In this document: one piece after another, positions 55,079 to 63,619 of the stretch
Numbering within the stretch: the first letter of the stretch is position 1
Layout: every line of letters starts with the position of its first letter
Source: a virus
Taxonomy: Duplodnaviria; Caudoviricetes
IMG/VR virus record: IMGVR_UViG_3300020450_000008
Strand: one strand, 5' to 3'
Length of the DNA: 64,000 nt
Made by a program: the position numbers and the translations under genes
Notes under the pieces: generated by a model
The model's input: only the letters and a program-made list of their open reading frames with translations
Told to the model about the DNA's origin: nothing
The model's database searches: none

Positions 55079-57610
55079 ATGAAATCTTTTTATACTTCCG
55101 TAAATCGCTATGGCAATTCTATACTTTATCGTGGTTACAACGAAAATGGAGCTGCCATAGCTCAAAGATATAAATTTTCACCTACACTCTATACACCATC
55201 AAAGAAACCTACCAAGTTTAAAGGCTTTGATAGTGGATATGTTGCACCATTAAGTTTTCCAACTATGAGGGATGCTAAAGAATGGCTGGAACAATATCAA
55301 GAGATGGAAGGTGTAAATATATTTGGCACAAAAAATTATATACATCAGTTTATTACAGAAAAATTTCCTGATAAAATAGACTTTGAGCCAAATGCTATCA
55401 ATGTTGTTAACTTCGATATAGAAGTTGCATCTGATTCTGGATTTCCAGTTCCGGAACAAGCGGCATATCCAATCACAGCAATCACAGTTAAATCAAGTCA
55501 ATCTTCAGTATATCAAGTCTGGGGTTGTGGCGAATACAGCTCAGAAAAATGTGAAATAGAACTATATGGAAATCTGATTCAATATCACAAGTGTAAGAAT
55601 GAAACAGAATTACTTGCTAAGTTTCTTGGTTATTGGATAAAAAATTATCCTGATGTTATAACAGGTTGGAATACTCGATTCTTTGATATTCCATACATTG
55701 TAAATCGTATAAAAAATGTTGGTGGTGAAGCAGCTGCTAATAGATTATCTCCTTGGAAATTAGTAAGTGAAAGAAACCTAATGATTGGCGGCCGTATGAA
55801 TTATGGCTATGACATAACTGGCATTCAACAAGCAGACTATTTAGAATTATTTAGAAAGTTTGGATATTCATATGGTCCACAAGAATCATATCGTCTTGAT
55901 CATATCGGTCATGTTGTACTTGGTGAACGCAAACTTTCTTTTGAAGAACATGGTAGCTTATTAAATCTGTATAAAAATGATCATCAAAAATTTATTGATT
56001 ATAATATTAAAGATGTTCAATTAGTAGATCGAATCGATCAGAAGATGGGACTTATTAATCTAGTATTTACTATGGCTTATAGAGCTGGTGTTAATGTTAC
56101 AGATACATTTGGCACTACAGCAATATGGGAATCAATCATTTATCGTAGATTACAGAAAAATAATATCATAAGCCCTATTGATCAAATTAAAAAAGTCATT
56201 TATCAAAATAAATCAAATGCAAATGTTATTGAAGGTGGCTATGTTAAGGAACCTCAAGTTGGTGCACATGACTGGGTGGTATCATTTGATCTAAACTCTC
56301 TATATCCAAACATAATAGTTCAGTCTAATATATCACCCGAAACTTTAATTAAAGATAAATCATTCGGTCATTACGAACAAGATGTCCAACACTATCTTAA
56401 CAGTAAAGATAAAACGTCAAAAGAATATTCTATATGTGCAAGTGGTGTTCCTTTCTCTCATGAAAAACAAGGTATCATACCAGAGTTAATTGTTGAATAT
56501 TATGCAGAACGTACACAAATTAAAAAGAAAATGTTAGAAGCTAAATCTGCATATGAAAAAGAAAAGTCTCGCCAACTTGAAGCAGAAATTAATCAACTTG
56601 AAAATAATCAAATGGCCATCAAGATCTTATTGAACTCTCTTTATGGCGCATTGGCCAATAAGTACTTTAAGTATTTTGATAATGCTCTTGCCGAAAGTGT
56701 TACACTTACTGGTCAGCTTTCGATTAAATGGGCAGAAAAAGCTATCAATCAAGAGATGAATAAAGTTCTTAAGACTGGTAATAAAGACTATGTTATAGCA
56801 ATCGATACCGATTCTTTATACATTAACTTTGGTCCACTTGTGCAAAAGCTAAATCCAAAAGATCCAGTTGCGGCTATTGATAAACTATGCCAAACACATT
56901 TTGAAAAGAAACTTGCTGAGGCTTATGATAAACTATTTAATAACTTAAATGGTTATACACCTAGAATGGAAATGGGTAGGGAGGTTATTGCTGATCGTGG
57001 AATCTGGACAGCTAAGAAAAGATATATTCTTAACGTACATAACTCAGAAGGCGTACAATATGCTGAACCTAAACTTAAGATTATGGGTATTGAAGCTATC
57101 AAATCTTCTACACCAGAAGTTGTTCGTAATAAATTTAAAGAGGCATTCAAGATTATAGTGTCAGGTGATGAGTTAAAAACTCGTCAGTTTATTAATGATT
57201 TTAAAGAAGAGTTTAAACTACTTTCTCCAGAGATGGTATCATTTCCAAGAAGTGTACAAAATGTCGGTAAGTGGAAAGATAGAATACACATTTATTCTAA
57301 AGGTACTCCAATTCATGTTCGTGGCGCGCTTTTATATAATCATCATGTATCAGATCTTTTCCTCGATAAAAAATATTCTCAAATCAGCTCAGGCGATAAG
57401 ATAAAATTTTCTTATCTCAGATTACCAAATCCTATCAAAGAAAATGTTATATCGTTTCCTGACTTCTTACCACAAGAATTCAAGCTTCATAAATATATCG
57501 ATTATGATACTCAATTTGATAAAACATTTATCGAGCCACTCAATCCAATACTTGAAGCGGTTGGGTGGTCAGTAAAAGAACAAGCAACCTTAGAGGAGTT
57601 TTTTGGATGA
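55079..57610 (+). CDS. gp43: Family B DNA polymerase gp43
   Basis: Exo motifs FDIEV, TGWNTRFFD; Pol motifs SFDLNSLYP, KILLNSLYGA, IDTDS, KKRY; uninterrupted. Confidence 0.98.
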   Translation: MKSFYTSVNRYGNSILYRGYNENGAAIAQRYKFSPTLYTPSKKPTKFKGFDSGYVAPLSFPTMRDAKEWLEQYQEMEGVNIFGTKNYIHQFITEKFPDKIDFEPNAINVVNFDIEVASDSGFPVPEQAAYPITAITVKSSQSSVYQVWGCGEYSSEKCEIELYGNLIQYHKCKNETELLAKFLGYWIKNYPDVITGWNTRFFDIPYIVNRIKNVGGEAAANRLSPWKLVSERNLMIGGRMNYGYDITGIQQADYLELFRKFGYSYGPQESYRLDHIGHVVLGERKLSFEEHGSLLNLYKNDHQKFIDYNIKDVQLVDRIDQKMGLINLVFTMAYRAGVNVTDTFGTTAIWESIIYRRLQKNNIISPIDQIKKVIYQNKSNANVIEGGYVKEPQVGAHDWVVSFDLNSLYPNIIVQSNISPETLIKDKSFGHYEQDVQHYLNSKDKTSKEYSICASGVPFSHEKQGIIPELIVEYYAERTQIKKKMLEAKSAYEKEKSRQLEAEINQLENNQMAIKILLNSLYGALANKYFKYFDNALAESVTLTGQLSIKWAEKAINQEMNKVLKTGNKDYVIAIDTDSLYINFGPLVQKLNPKDPVAAIDKLCQTHFEKKLAEAYDKLFNNLNGYTPRMEMGREVIADRGIWTAKKRYILNVHNSEGVQYAEPKLKIMGIEAIKSSTPEVVRNKFKEAFKIIVSGDELKTRQFINDFKEEFKLLSPEMVSFPRSVQNVGKWKDRIHIYSKGTPIHVRGALLYNHHVSDLFLDKKYSQISSGDKIKFSYLRLPNPIKENVISFPDFLPQEFKLHKYIDYDTQFDKTFIEPLNPILEAVGWSVKEQATLEEFFG

Positions 57611-58338
57611 CAAATTATGTTTTCGATGTGGATGGAACACTTACACGTAGTAGGGGAAGAATAAATGAAGGATTTAGAAGATTCTTCTTAAAATTTATTC
57701 AAGATCATAAAGTATATCTTGTTACTGGAAGTGACTACTATAAGACAGTAGAACAAGTTAGTCGTGAGGTCACTGAATCAGTTGAAAAGGTATTTAATTG
57801 TTCTGGGAATAGTGTTTGGAGAAAAGGTTTAAATATTCAAAAAACGGATTGGAGTATTCCTATGGAAGTAAAGGACTGGCTTAAAAAGAAACTTAATGAA
57901 AGTAAGTTTGATTTAAGAACTGGAAATCATATAGAAGAGCGACCAGGACTTGTAAACTTTAGTACCATAGGTAGAGGCTGCAACTTAGAACAAAGACAAT
58001 CGTATGTAAAGTTTGATAGCATACATGAAGAAAGAGAAAAGATTACAAAAGAATTTAATGATAAATTTAAAGATATTACTGCTCAGGTTGCTGGAGAAAC
58101 TGGGATAGATATTATACCAGCTGGAAAAGATAAAAGACAAGTAGCATTTATGATTGATGGACCTATAACATTTTTTGGTGATAAAATGAAATATGGAGGA
58201 AATGATTATCCATTGAAATTTGCCATAGAAGGTCGTGCTGATTCAGGTGCTATAGAAGTTAAAGATTGGGAACAAACGCATAGATACTTACAACAAATAC
58301 AAATTTTCAGTTTACAAGAAGCTGTCGGTATGGTATAA
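57565..58338 (+). CDS. HAD-IIB phosphatase/phosphomannomutase-like protein (start probably 57608)
   Basis: FDVDGTL, LVTGSD, IEERPGLVNFS..GR, FFGDKM..GGNDY motifs of eukaryote-type PMM. Confidence 0.8.
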   Translation: MVSKRTSNLRGVFWMTNYVFDVDGTLTRSRGRINEGFRRFFLKFIQDHKVYLVTGSDYYKTVEQVSREVTESVEKVFNCSGNSVWRKGLNIQKTDWSIPMEVKDWLKKKLNESKFDLRTGNHIEERPGLVNFSTIGRGCNLEQRQSYVKFDSIHEEREKITKEFNDKFKDITAQVAGETGIDIIPAGKDKRQVAFMIDGPITFFGDKMKYGGNDYPLKFAIEGRADSGAIEVKDWEQTHRYLQQIQIFSLQEAVGMV

Positions 58339-58339
58339 T
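58311..58339 (+). promoter_or_regulatory. Early/middle promoter TTTACA-N17-(TG)-TATAAT
   Basis: -35 at 58311-58316, -10 at 58334-58339. Confidence 0.8.
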
Positions 58340-58359
58340 ATACTTGGAAGGATAAAATT

Positions 58360-58773
58360 ATGAGTACACATTGGTCAAAAGATATTAGTGATATGCATCA
58401 AAAGTTTGGTGTTAATAAATGGTTTACTAAAAATAAATCAAACAAAGAGATTATGAAAAAATATCTTATGTTTCGAATGCTTATGTTAAATGAAGAACTA
58501 CATGAAACGATGCAAGCTGTAAATAGTGAAAACCCAGAAGAAATAGTAGATGGTTTGATAGACATATGTGTATTTGCAATAGGTACTCTCAATGTTTTAG
58601 AAGTTGATGCTGATAAAGCTTGGGATGCCATACATAATGCAAACATGGCAAAAGAACCTGGCGTAAAAGCTGGTAGACCTAATCCTTTCGGTATGCCAGA
58701 TCTATTAAAGCCAGAAGGTTGGAAAGGACCTGATCATAGCGACAATCATGGAAGTATCAGCGACATTCTTTAA
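58360..58773 (+). CDS. All-alpha NTP pyrophosphohydrolase (MazG-like), candidate dCTPase
   Basis: EELHE...EIVDGLID metal-binding motif; ANMAK, KPEGW. Confidence 0.8.
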   Translation: MSTHWSKDISDMHQKFGVNKWFTKNKSNKEIMKKYLMFRMLMLNEELHETMQAVNSENPEEIVDGLIDICVFAIGTLNVLEVDADKAWDAIHNANMAKEPGVKAGRPNPFGMPDLLKPEGWKGPDHSDNHGSISDIL

Positions 58774-59677
58774 ATCAATATACGATAATAAAACACATCG
58801 TAGAATGGATTTCCCAAACTTTCCTAAGTTTGAGGAGTTCCTATATAAATTATCTGAAAGAAAACTTGGAGGCAAAAATGATGCAGAACTTATGTGTCCA
58901 GCTACGTTCACTAAAGATACTACCCGAGCCAATAGAAACGTATTGGATTGGGCAGGCTGGGCTGCTGTTGATGTTGACGATTATGAATTCAAAGGGGATA
59001 TAAAAGATGCTTTACGCGATACAATTGGCTCTTTCCATTACATTTGTTATAGTACTGCTAGCAGCCGAGAAAGTCTTCCAAAGTTTCGTATTGTCTTTCC
59101 AACTCGAGAAAGAATTGGAGCAGGCAACATCAGAGCTTTCTGGTATGCTCTCAACTCAAAGCTCGAGTCAATTGGTGATAAACAAACTAAGGACCTCTCA
59201 CGCATGTATTATACTCCTGCTACGTATAATGGCGCTTTCAACTTTATCTTTACTAATGCTGGCTCTATTTTAAATCCAGCTGATCTAATAGAAAAATATC
59301 CATACGTTGAGAAAAATACAGGTAAAACATTCTTGGATAGATTACCCGAAGCTTTACAAAAGCAAATAATACAACATCGTAAAGATAAAGCTGAAAATAG
59401 AGATATACGATGGAATCATTACAGTGATTGTCCGTTCTGGCCACAAAGACTCGCATCAGAATACAAAGTAATAAGTAACACAGGTTGGTATCATAAGATG
59501 TATCAAATTATGGTTGCCACTGCAAGTAAAGCAATTCAAAGAGAATATCCTATTACATCTACAGAGATATCAGAAATGTGTAAAGCATTTGATGCTGATA
59601 ATGGTAATTGGTACCAGAATAGACCTATTGATAAAGAAGCGGATAGAGCAATTGAATATGCATATAAAAATATGTAA
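58748..59677 (+). CDS. Archaeo-eukaryotic primase (AEP/PrimPol)-like protein with helical C-terminal domain
   Basis: AAVDVDD (motif I DxD), YSTASS..PKFRIVFP (motif II region), DKQTKDLSRMYY (motif III). Confidence 0.7.
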   Translation: MEVSATFFKSIYDNKTHRRMDFPNFPKFEEFLYKLSERKLGGKNDAELMCPATFTKDTTRANRNVLDWAGWAAVDVDDYEFKGDIKDALRDTIGSFHYICYSTASSRESLPKFRIVFPTRERIGAGNIRAFWYALNSKLESIGDKQTKDLSRMYYTPATYNGAFNFIFTNAGSILNPADLIEKYPYVEKNTGKTFLDRLPEALQKQIIQHRKDKAENRDIRWNHYSDCPFWPQRLASEYKVISNTGWYHKMYQIMVATASKAIQREYPITSTEISEMCKAFDADNGNWYQNRPIDKEADRAIEYAYKNM

Positions 59678-59684
59678 AAAAGTA

Positions 59685-59713
59685 TTTACTTTTGTCAAAA
59701 AGTTTGTTATAAT
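59685..59713 (+). promoter_or_regulatory. Early/middle promoter TTTACT-N17-(TG)-TATAAT
   Basis: -35 at 59685-59690, -10 at 59708-59713. Confidence 0.8.
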
Positions 59714-59735
59714 AGAATTAGAATGGAGGTAAAAA

Positions 59736-60104
59736 ATGAAAGAATCAGTTAAAGTTTTACAAGAATGCGCTCAAATGCAAACTAAAAAATCAGCTGACTA
59801 TCAAAGCGATGAGTCAAGTGTATTACAAGCAATGCACTATCGTCGTGGCGTTGATACAATACACGATATTATAGTTGGCAAACTTATGCGTGCTACATCA
59901 TTACTTGAATCAGGCAACTCACCAAACTTTGAATCACTTGAAGATAGTTATAAAGATATGATTAATTATGCATCATTTGCAGTATCTTATATGCGTGGTA
60001 AGATGGAAGGCCAAAGACAAGATCGTGATATGTTTAATAAACCAATTGACCCATCAGCGACAGTTGAAATTGTTGAAGAACCAATTGAGGCGCATGACGA
60101 ATAA
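59736..60104 (+). CDS. Nucleotide-modification-associated domain 1 (Nmad1/DUF1599-like) protein
   Basis: Q.KKSADY ... K..R ... ESLEDSYKDMINYA pattern. Confidence 0.7.
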   Translation: MKESVKVLQECAQMQTKKSADYQSDESSVLQAMHYRRGVDTIHDIIVGKLMRATSLLESGNSPNFESLEDSYKDMINYASFAVSYMRGKMEGQRQDRDMFNKPIDPSATVEIVEEPIEAHDE

Positions 60105-60337
60105 TGGCCGGAGCAATCAATACACCTTTAAGACAACTTATTATGGATTGGAGTGCATGCCAATTGTTAGAGAAAGATCCTGATAATATTGTTCTTAAAA
60201 AACTTAGATCTTGGGAGCATCCTGAAACAATAGAACTAAATAAACTATTAACACAATTTGAAAAAGATGGAAAATATCCAGAACACTATAATTTAGACTG
60301 GGGTTCAATTAATTATGAAGAGTTTATAAAAGAATGA
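60104..60337 (+). CDS. Hypothetical protein
   Basis: Translationally coupled on both sides (TAATG, ATGA). Confidence 0.55.
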   Translation: MAGAINTPLRQLIMDWSACQLLEKDPDNIVLKKLRSWEHPETIELNKLLTQFEKDGKYPEHYNLDWGSINYEEFIKE

Positions 60338-60681
60338 AAGCTGGAAAGATATGGGGTCAAACAGAACTAATCCATGCAAATGGTGTTCTAGAGTTTCATC
60401 GCATTGAATATAAAAAAGGCTTTAAATGTTCAGAGCATGAACATCAATTTAAATGGAATGGATTCTATGTTGAGTCCGGACAAATGCTTGTAAGAGTCTG
60501 GCAAGACGATCAAGAAGGATTAGTTGATGAAACTATATTAAATCCTGGAGACTTTACGCAAGTGAAACCTGGCAAGATTCATCAGTTCGAAGGACTTGAA
60601 GATGGAATTGCATTTGAACTTTATTGGGCTGAATTCAATCACAACGATATAGTTCGAAGAACTGTAGGAACAAAAGTATGA
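60334..60681 (+). CDS. Cupin-fold protein (sugar isomerase/epimerase-like)
   Basis: GKIWG, CSEHEHQFKWNGFYVESG, VKPGKIHQF cupin metal motifs. Confidence 0.8.
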   Translation: MKAGKIWGQTELIHANGVLEFHRIEYKKGFKCSEHEHQFKWNGFYVESGQMLVRVWQDDQEGLVDETILNPGDFTQVKPGKIHQFEGLEDGIAFELYWAEFNHNDIVRRTVGTKV

Positions 60682-60869
60682 TATATGGTTGGATATTGAT
60701 AATGATAACTCTACATCCTGATGGATCATTAGACGGTGGAGCAATAGATTATTTTAACACTTACCCAGAGTGTTTTGAAGTAATGAAAGAAATGTCGGTT
60801 ACAGGTCAAGGAACAGGTTATACCTGTGTAGATGACTATGTAGATATGAGTGGAGATATAGAACAGTGA
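60678..60869 (+). CDS. Small hypothetical protein
   Basis: Coupled overlaps; hydrophobic N-terminus; two Cys residues. Confidence 0.5.
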   Translation: MIYGWILIMITLHPDGSLDGGAIDYFNTYPECFEVMKEMSVTGQGTGYTCVDDYVDMSGDIEQ

Positions 60870-61282
60870 GAATTGGATTTACCTGCAGTACCTTTGATTT
60901 ACTTCATGCAGGCCATGTCATGATGTTAAGAGAAGCGAAAGCCCAATGTGATTATTTAATATGCGGACTGCAGGTAGATCCAAGTATAGACAGGCCAGAA
61001 AAGAATTCTCCTATACAATCTATTGTAGAAAGAGAAGCTCAATTATCAGCAATAAAATATGTTGATGAGGTGATTATTTATTGTACAGAAGATGATTTAT
61101 GTGATATAATTAATATGTACCCAATTGATATTAGAATATTAGGCGAAGAGTATAGAGATAGAGACTTTACTGGTAAAGATGAATGTAAGAAAAGAGGTAT
61201 TCAACTTTATTTCAATAAAAGAGAACATAGGTTTAGTACTTCAGATTTAAGGAAAAGAGTGTGCGAAAAGACGACATTATAG
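60866..61282 (+). CDS. Cytidylyltransferase (TagD/glycerol-3-phosphate CT-like; GTG start)
   Basis: STFDLLHAGH (HxGH), YVDEV, GEEY, RFSTSDLR motifs. Confidence 0.9.
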   Translation: MRIGFTCSTFDLLHAGHVMMLREAKAQCDYLICGLQVDPSIDRPEKNSPIQSIVEREAQLSAIKYVDEVIIYCTEDDLCDIINMYPIDIRILGEEYRDRDFTGKDECKKRGIQLYFNKREHRFSTSDLRKRVCEKTTL

Positions 61283-61470
61283 ATCTAGGCATAGACTTAG
61301 GCGAACCAGACTTTACAACTAAAAATGATAGGCCAGGATTTATTAGTAGCAGTGGTTGGCCAGTTCGTAGAGAAATAACAAAGTTAAATGACAATATGAA
61401 AATTATGGTCAAGCAAATGAGTAAATTAAAAAAACAAATAAGTAAACTAGAGAAGAAACTAAATGGATAA
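61261..61470 (+). CDS. Small hypothetical protein with C-terminal coiled coil
   Basis: Fills the gap between the cytidylyltransferase and gp42-like genes, with overlaps at both ends. Confidence 0.45.
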   Translation: MRKDDIIDLGIDLGEPDFTTKNDRPGFISSSGWPVRREITKLNDNMKIMVKQMSKLKKQISKLEKKLNG

Positions 61471-62170
61471 TATTGTGGAAAATTTAACATGGGCAAAAGT
61501 AAAACATATTCGTCAGCATTTTAGAGATGAATTAAACAAAGAAGTATTTACTATTGATAAAACTGGTCAAAAGACTATTGAAATGATTGGTGCATCTTTT
61601 GTTGCTGATGAATCAGCAATATTTGGTACTCCTAATCGAGAATATATTGATGCAGAAATAGATTGGTACAATAGTAGATCTACAAATATAAATGAAATAT
61701 TTGGAATCACAAAAGCACCACCACAAGCTTGGCAATATTCAGCTAATAAGTTTGGTGAGATCAACTCTAATTATGGCCACTTAATCTTTAGTGAAAAATT
61801 TTATAATCAATATTTACATGTTGTAGAAGAATTAATAAATAATCCTGATAGTCGTAGAGCCGCAATGATTTACAATCGTCCTTCAATATGGCTTGAATAT
61901 AATGAAGACGGTAAGAATGATTTTATCTGTACTAATGCTGTTACATACTATATACGTAATAGAAGATTAGATGCTGTAGTTCAAATGAGATCTAACGATG
62001 TGGTATATGGCTATAAAAATGATTATGCCTGGCAACAATACGTTATGAAACAACTTATTGAAGATATAAATGTTCAAAGACCCGATGATGATCAAGTCTT
62101 TAAAGGTTTTATGCATTGGCAGGTTCAAAACTTACATGTGTATGAAAGGCACTTTGATTTAGTACAATGA
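61463..62170 (+). CDS. gp42: dCMP hydroxymethylase (T4 gp42-like, thymidylate synthase fold)
   Basis: DKTGQKTIEMIGASFVADE, EINSNYG, NPDSRR, DFICTN (catalytic Cys), MRSNDVVYGYKNDYAWQ with Asp at the dCMP-specificity position (Asn in thymidylate synthase); closely follows the T4 gp42 sequence as I recall it. Confidence 0.9.
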   Translation: MDNIVENLTWAKVKHIRQHFRDELNKEVFTIDKTGQKTIEMIGASFVADESAIFGTPNREYIDAEIDWYNSRSTNINEIFGITKAPPQAWQYSANKFGEINSNYGHLIFSEKFYNQYLHVVEELINNPDSRRAAMIYNRPSIWLEYNEDGKNDFICTNAVTYYIRNRRLDAVVQMRSNDVVYGYKNDYAWQQYVMKQLIEDINVQRPDDDQVFKGFMHWQVQNLHVYERHFDLVQ

Positions 62171-62715
62171 GTCAATTATTTAAAGATCCAAAAAAACCAG
62201 CATTATTTGCAGATATGAATGATCCTGTTCTTAACGCGACATATAAAACAATGAATATTATTGGAGTCGATCCTGAAAAGAAATGGGATGTAAGATATAT
62301 TGAACTAGCCTACAAAGTAAGTGAATGGTCAAAAGATCCATCAACAAAGATAGGATGTGTGGTTGTAGGAAATAAGGGACAGGTATTGACTCAAGGATAC
62401 AACGGTTTTCCTCGTGGTATTGATGACTCAAATGAAAGACTTACAGATAGAGAAACTAAATTGAAATACGTTGTTCATGGAGAAATGAACGCGATATATA
62501 ATGCTTGTTATAATGGAATATCTCTTGAAGGAAGTACCATGTATGTTACTGGTCTTCCAACATGCTCTGATTGCGCCAAGGGTGTAATACAAGTAGGTGT
62601 TAAAAGAGTTGTCTGGCCTAAAGAACTTGAAAATGTTGAAGACAGATGGAAAGAATCTGTTAAATTAACTATGTCTATGTTCGATGAAGCTGGAGTAGAG
62701 TATGAGTTCATCTAA
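62167..62715 (+). CDS. cd: dCMP deaminase
   Basis: SKDPSTKIGCV, GYNGFPRG, HGEMNA, PTCSDC zinc motifs. Confidence 0.92.
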   Translation: MSQLFKDPKKPALFADMNDPVLNATYKTMNIIGVDPEKKWDVRYIELAYKVSEWSKDPSTKIGCVVVGNKGQVLTQGYNGFPRGIDDSNERLTDRETKLKYVVHGEMNAIYNACYNGISLEGSTMYVTGLPTCSDCAKGVIQVGVKRVVWPKELENVEDRWKESVKLTMSMFDEAGVEYEFI

Positions 62716-63619
62716 TGCTCAAACAAATTTAAGTCGACTTAAATTAGCAGCAGATAAACCTAAAACTGTTGTAGCTTCTGATTGGAAAAGGTATTATAGT
62801 CGGTATGTTGACAGGGCTTTCGCAAGAACAATCAATATTGATACATCTACACGTTGCTTGATGCAATGTCCTTTTTGCTCTCGCCAAAATTTTGCAACTG
62901 GTAAACTGCACATCAAAACAAATAGAACGTTTTATGGAGATTTAACTCCAGAAAATGCTTTACAAATGGCTGATGCATTTGATCGTATAAGTTTTTGTGG
63001 TCAAATATCAGATCCAATATTTCATAAAAATTTATTCTCTATATTTGAAGCCTTAGATCAAGGTGCTGCTATTAGAACACTTGAGTTTCATACAGTTGCC
63101 TCTGGAAAAAAAATGGCTTGGTGGGAAAGAGTTTTCTCATATATGGAGAATGCAAAATATAAAACTGATTTTATCATAGGTATTGATGGAATTGATCAGA
63201 AAACAGCTTCTCATAGAATAGGACAAAACTTTGAAGAAGCATGGGAAGTCTTACGATATTTTGCTGATAATAAAAGAGATAATATAGATATCACCTGGCA
63301 GTTCATACCCTTTTTATATAATGAAGATGAAGTGTTAACTGCGGCAGAAACTGCTGTTTCATTAGGGATAAATTTATTACTTCTCAAATCATCTCGTCAC
63401 GTTGGAGAGTATAAGACAAATACTGGAGATAAAAAATATGCTATAGGAGCTGATTTATACACTCAAGAAGAATTTGAAAAAAAATTTCAAGGTCATTTAC
63501 CATTAGCTCCAACGAAATCATTTTTAAAATCAAATAATGGTATAACAAGTTTTAATGATGGATATATAAAAACAAAGGAAGATATAAAAGAATTAGAAAG
63601 AGTTTTAAATGAATCCTAA
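62702..63619 (+). CDS. Radical SAM protein
   Basis: CLMQCPFC (CxxxCxxC), SFCGQISDP, IGIDG, WQFIPF.YNE motifs. Confidence 0.88.
   Translation: MSSSNAQTNLSRLKLAADKPKTVVASDWKRYYSRYVDRAFARTINIDTSTRCLMQCPFCSRQNFATGKLHIKTNRTFYGDLTPENALQMADAFDRISFCGQISDPIFHKNLFSIFEALDQGAAIRTLEFHTVASGKKMAWWERVFSYMENAKYKTDFIIGIDGIDQKTASHRIGQNFEEAWEVLRYFADNKRDNIDITWQFIPFLYNEDEVLTAAETAVSLGINLLLLKSSRHVGEYKTNTGDKKYAIGADLYTQEEFEKKFQGHLPLAPTKSFLKSNNGITSFNDGYIKTKEDIKELERVLNES

Noticed and set aside
21657-57610. Introns, inteins or homing endonucleases in gp17, gp20, gp23, uvsW, gp46 or gp43
   Set aside because: All are continuous ORFs of ordinary length, with no LAGLIDADG, HNH, GIY-YIG or intein motifs seen.
61463-62170. 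Annotation as an ordinary thymidylate synthase (thyA/td)
   Set aside because: It has the gp42-type MRSNDV..G..NDYAW motif with Asp instead of the dUMP-specifying Asn, and lacks the ThyA PFNIASY motif.
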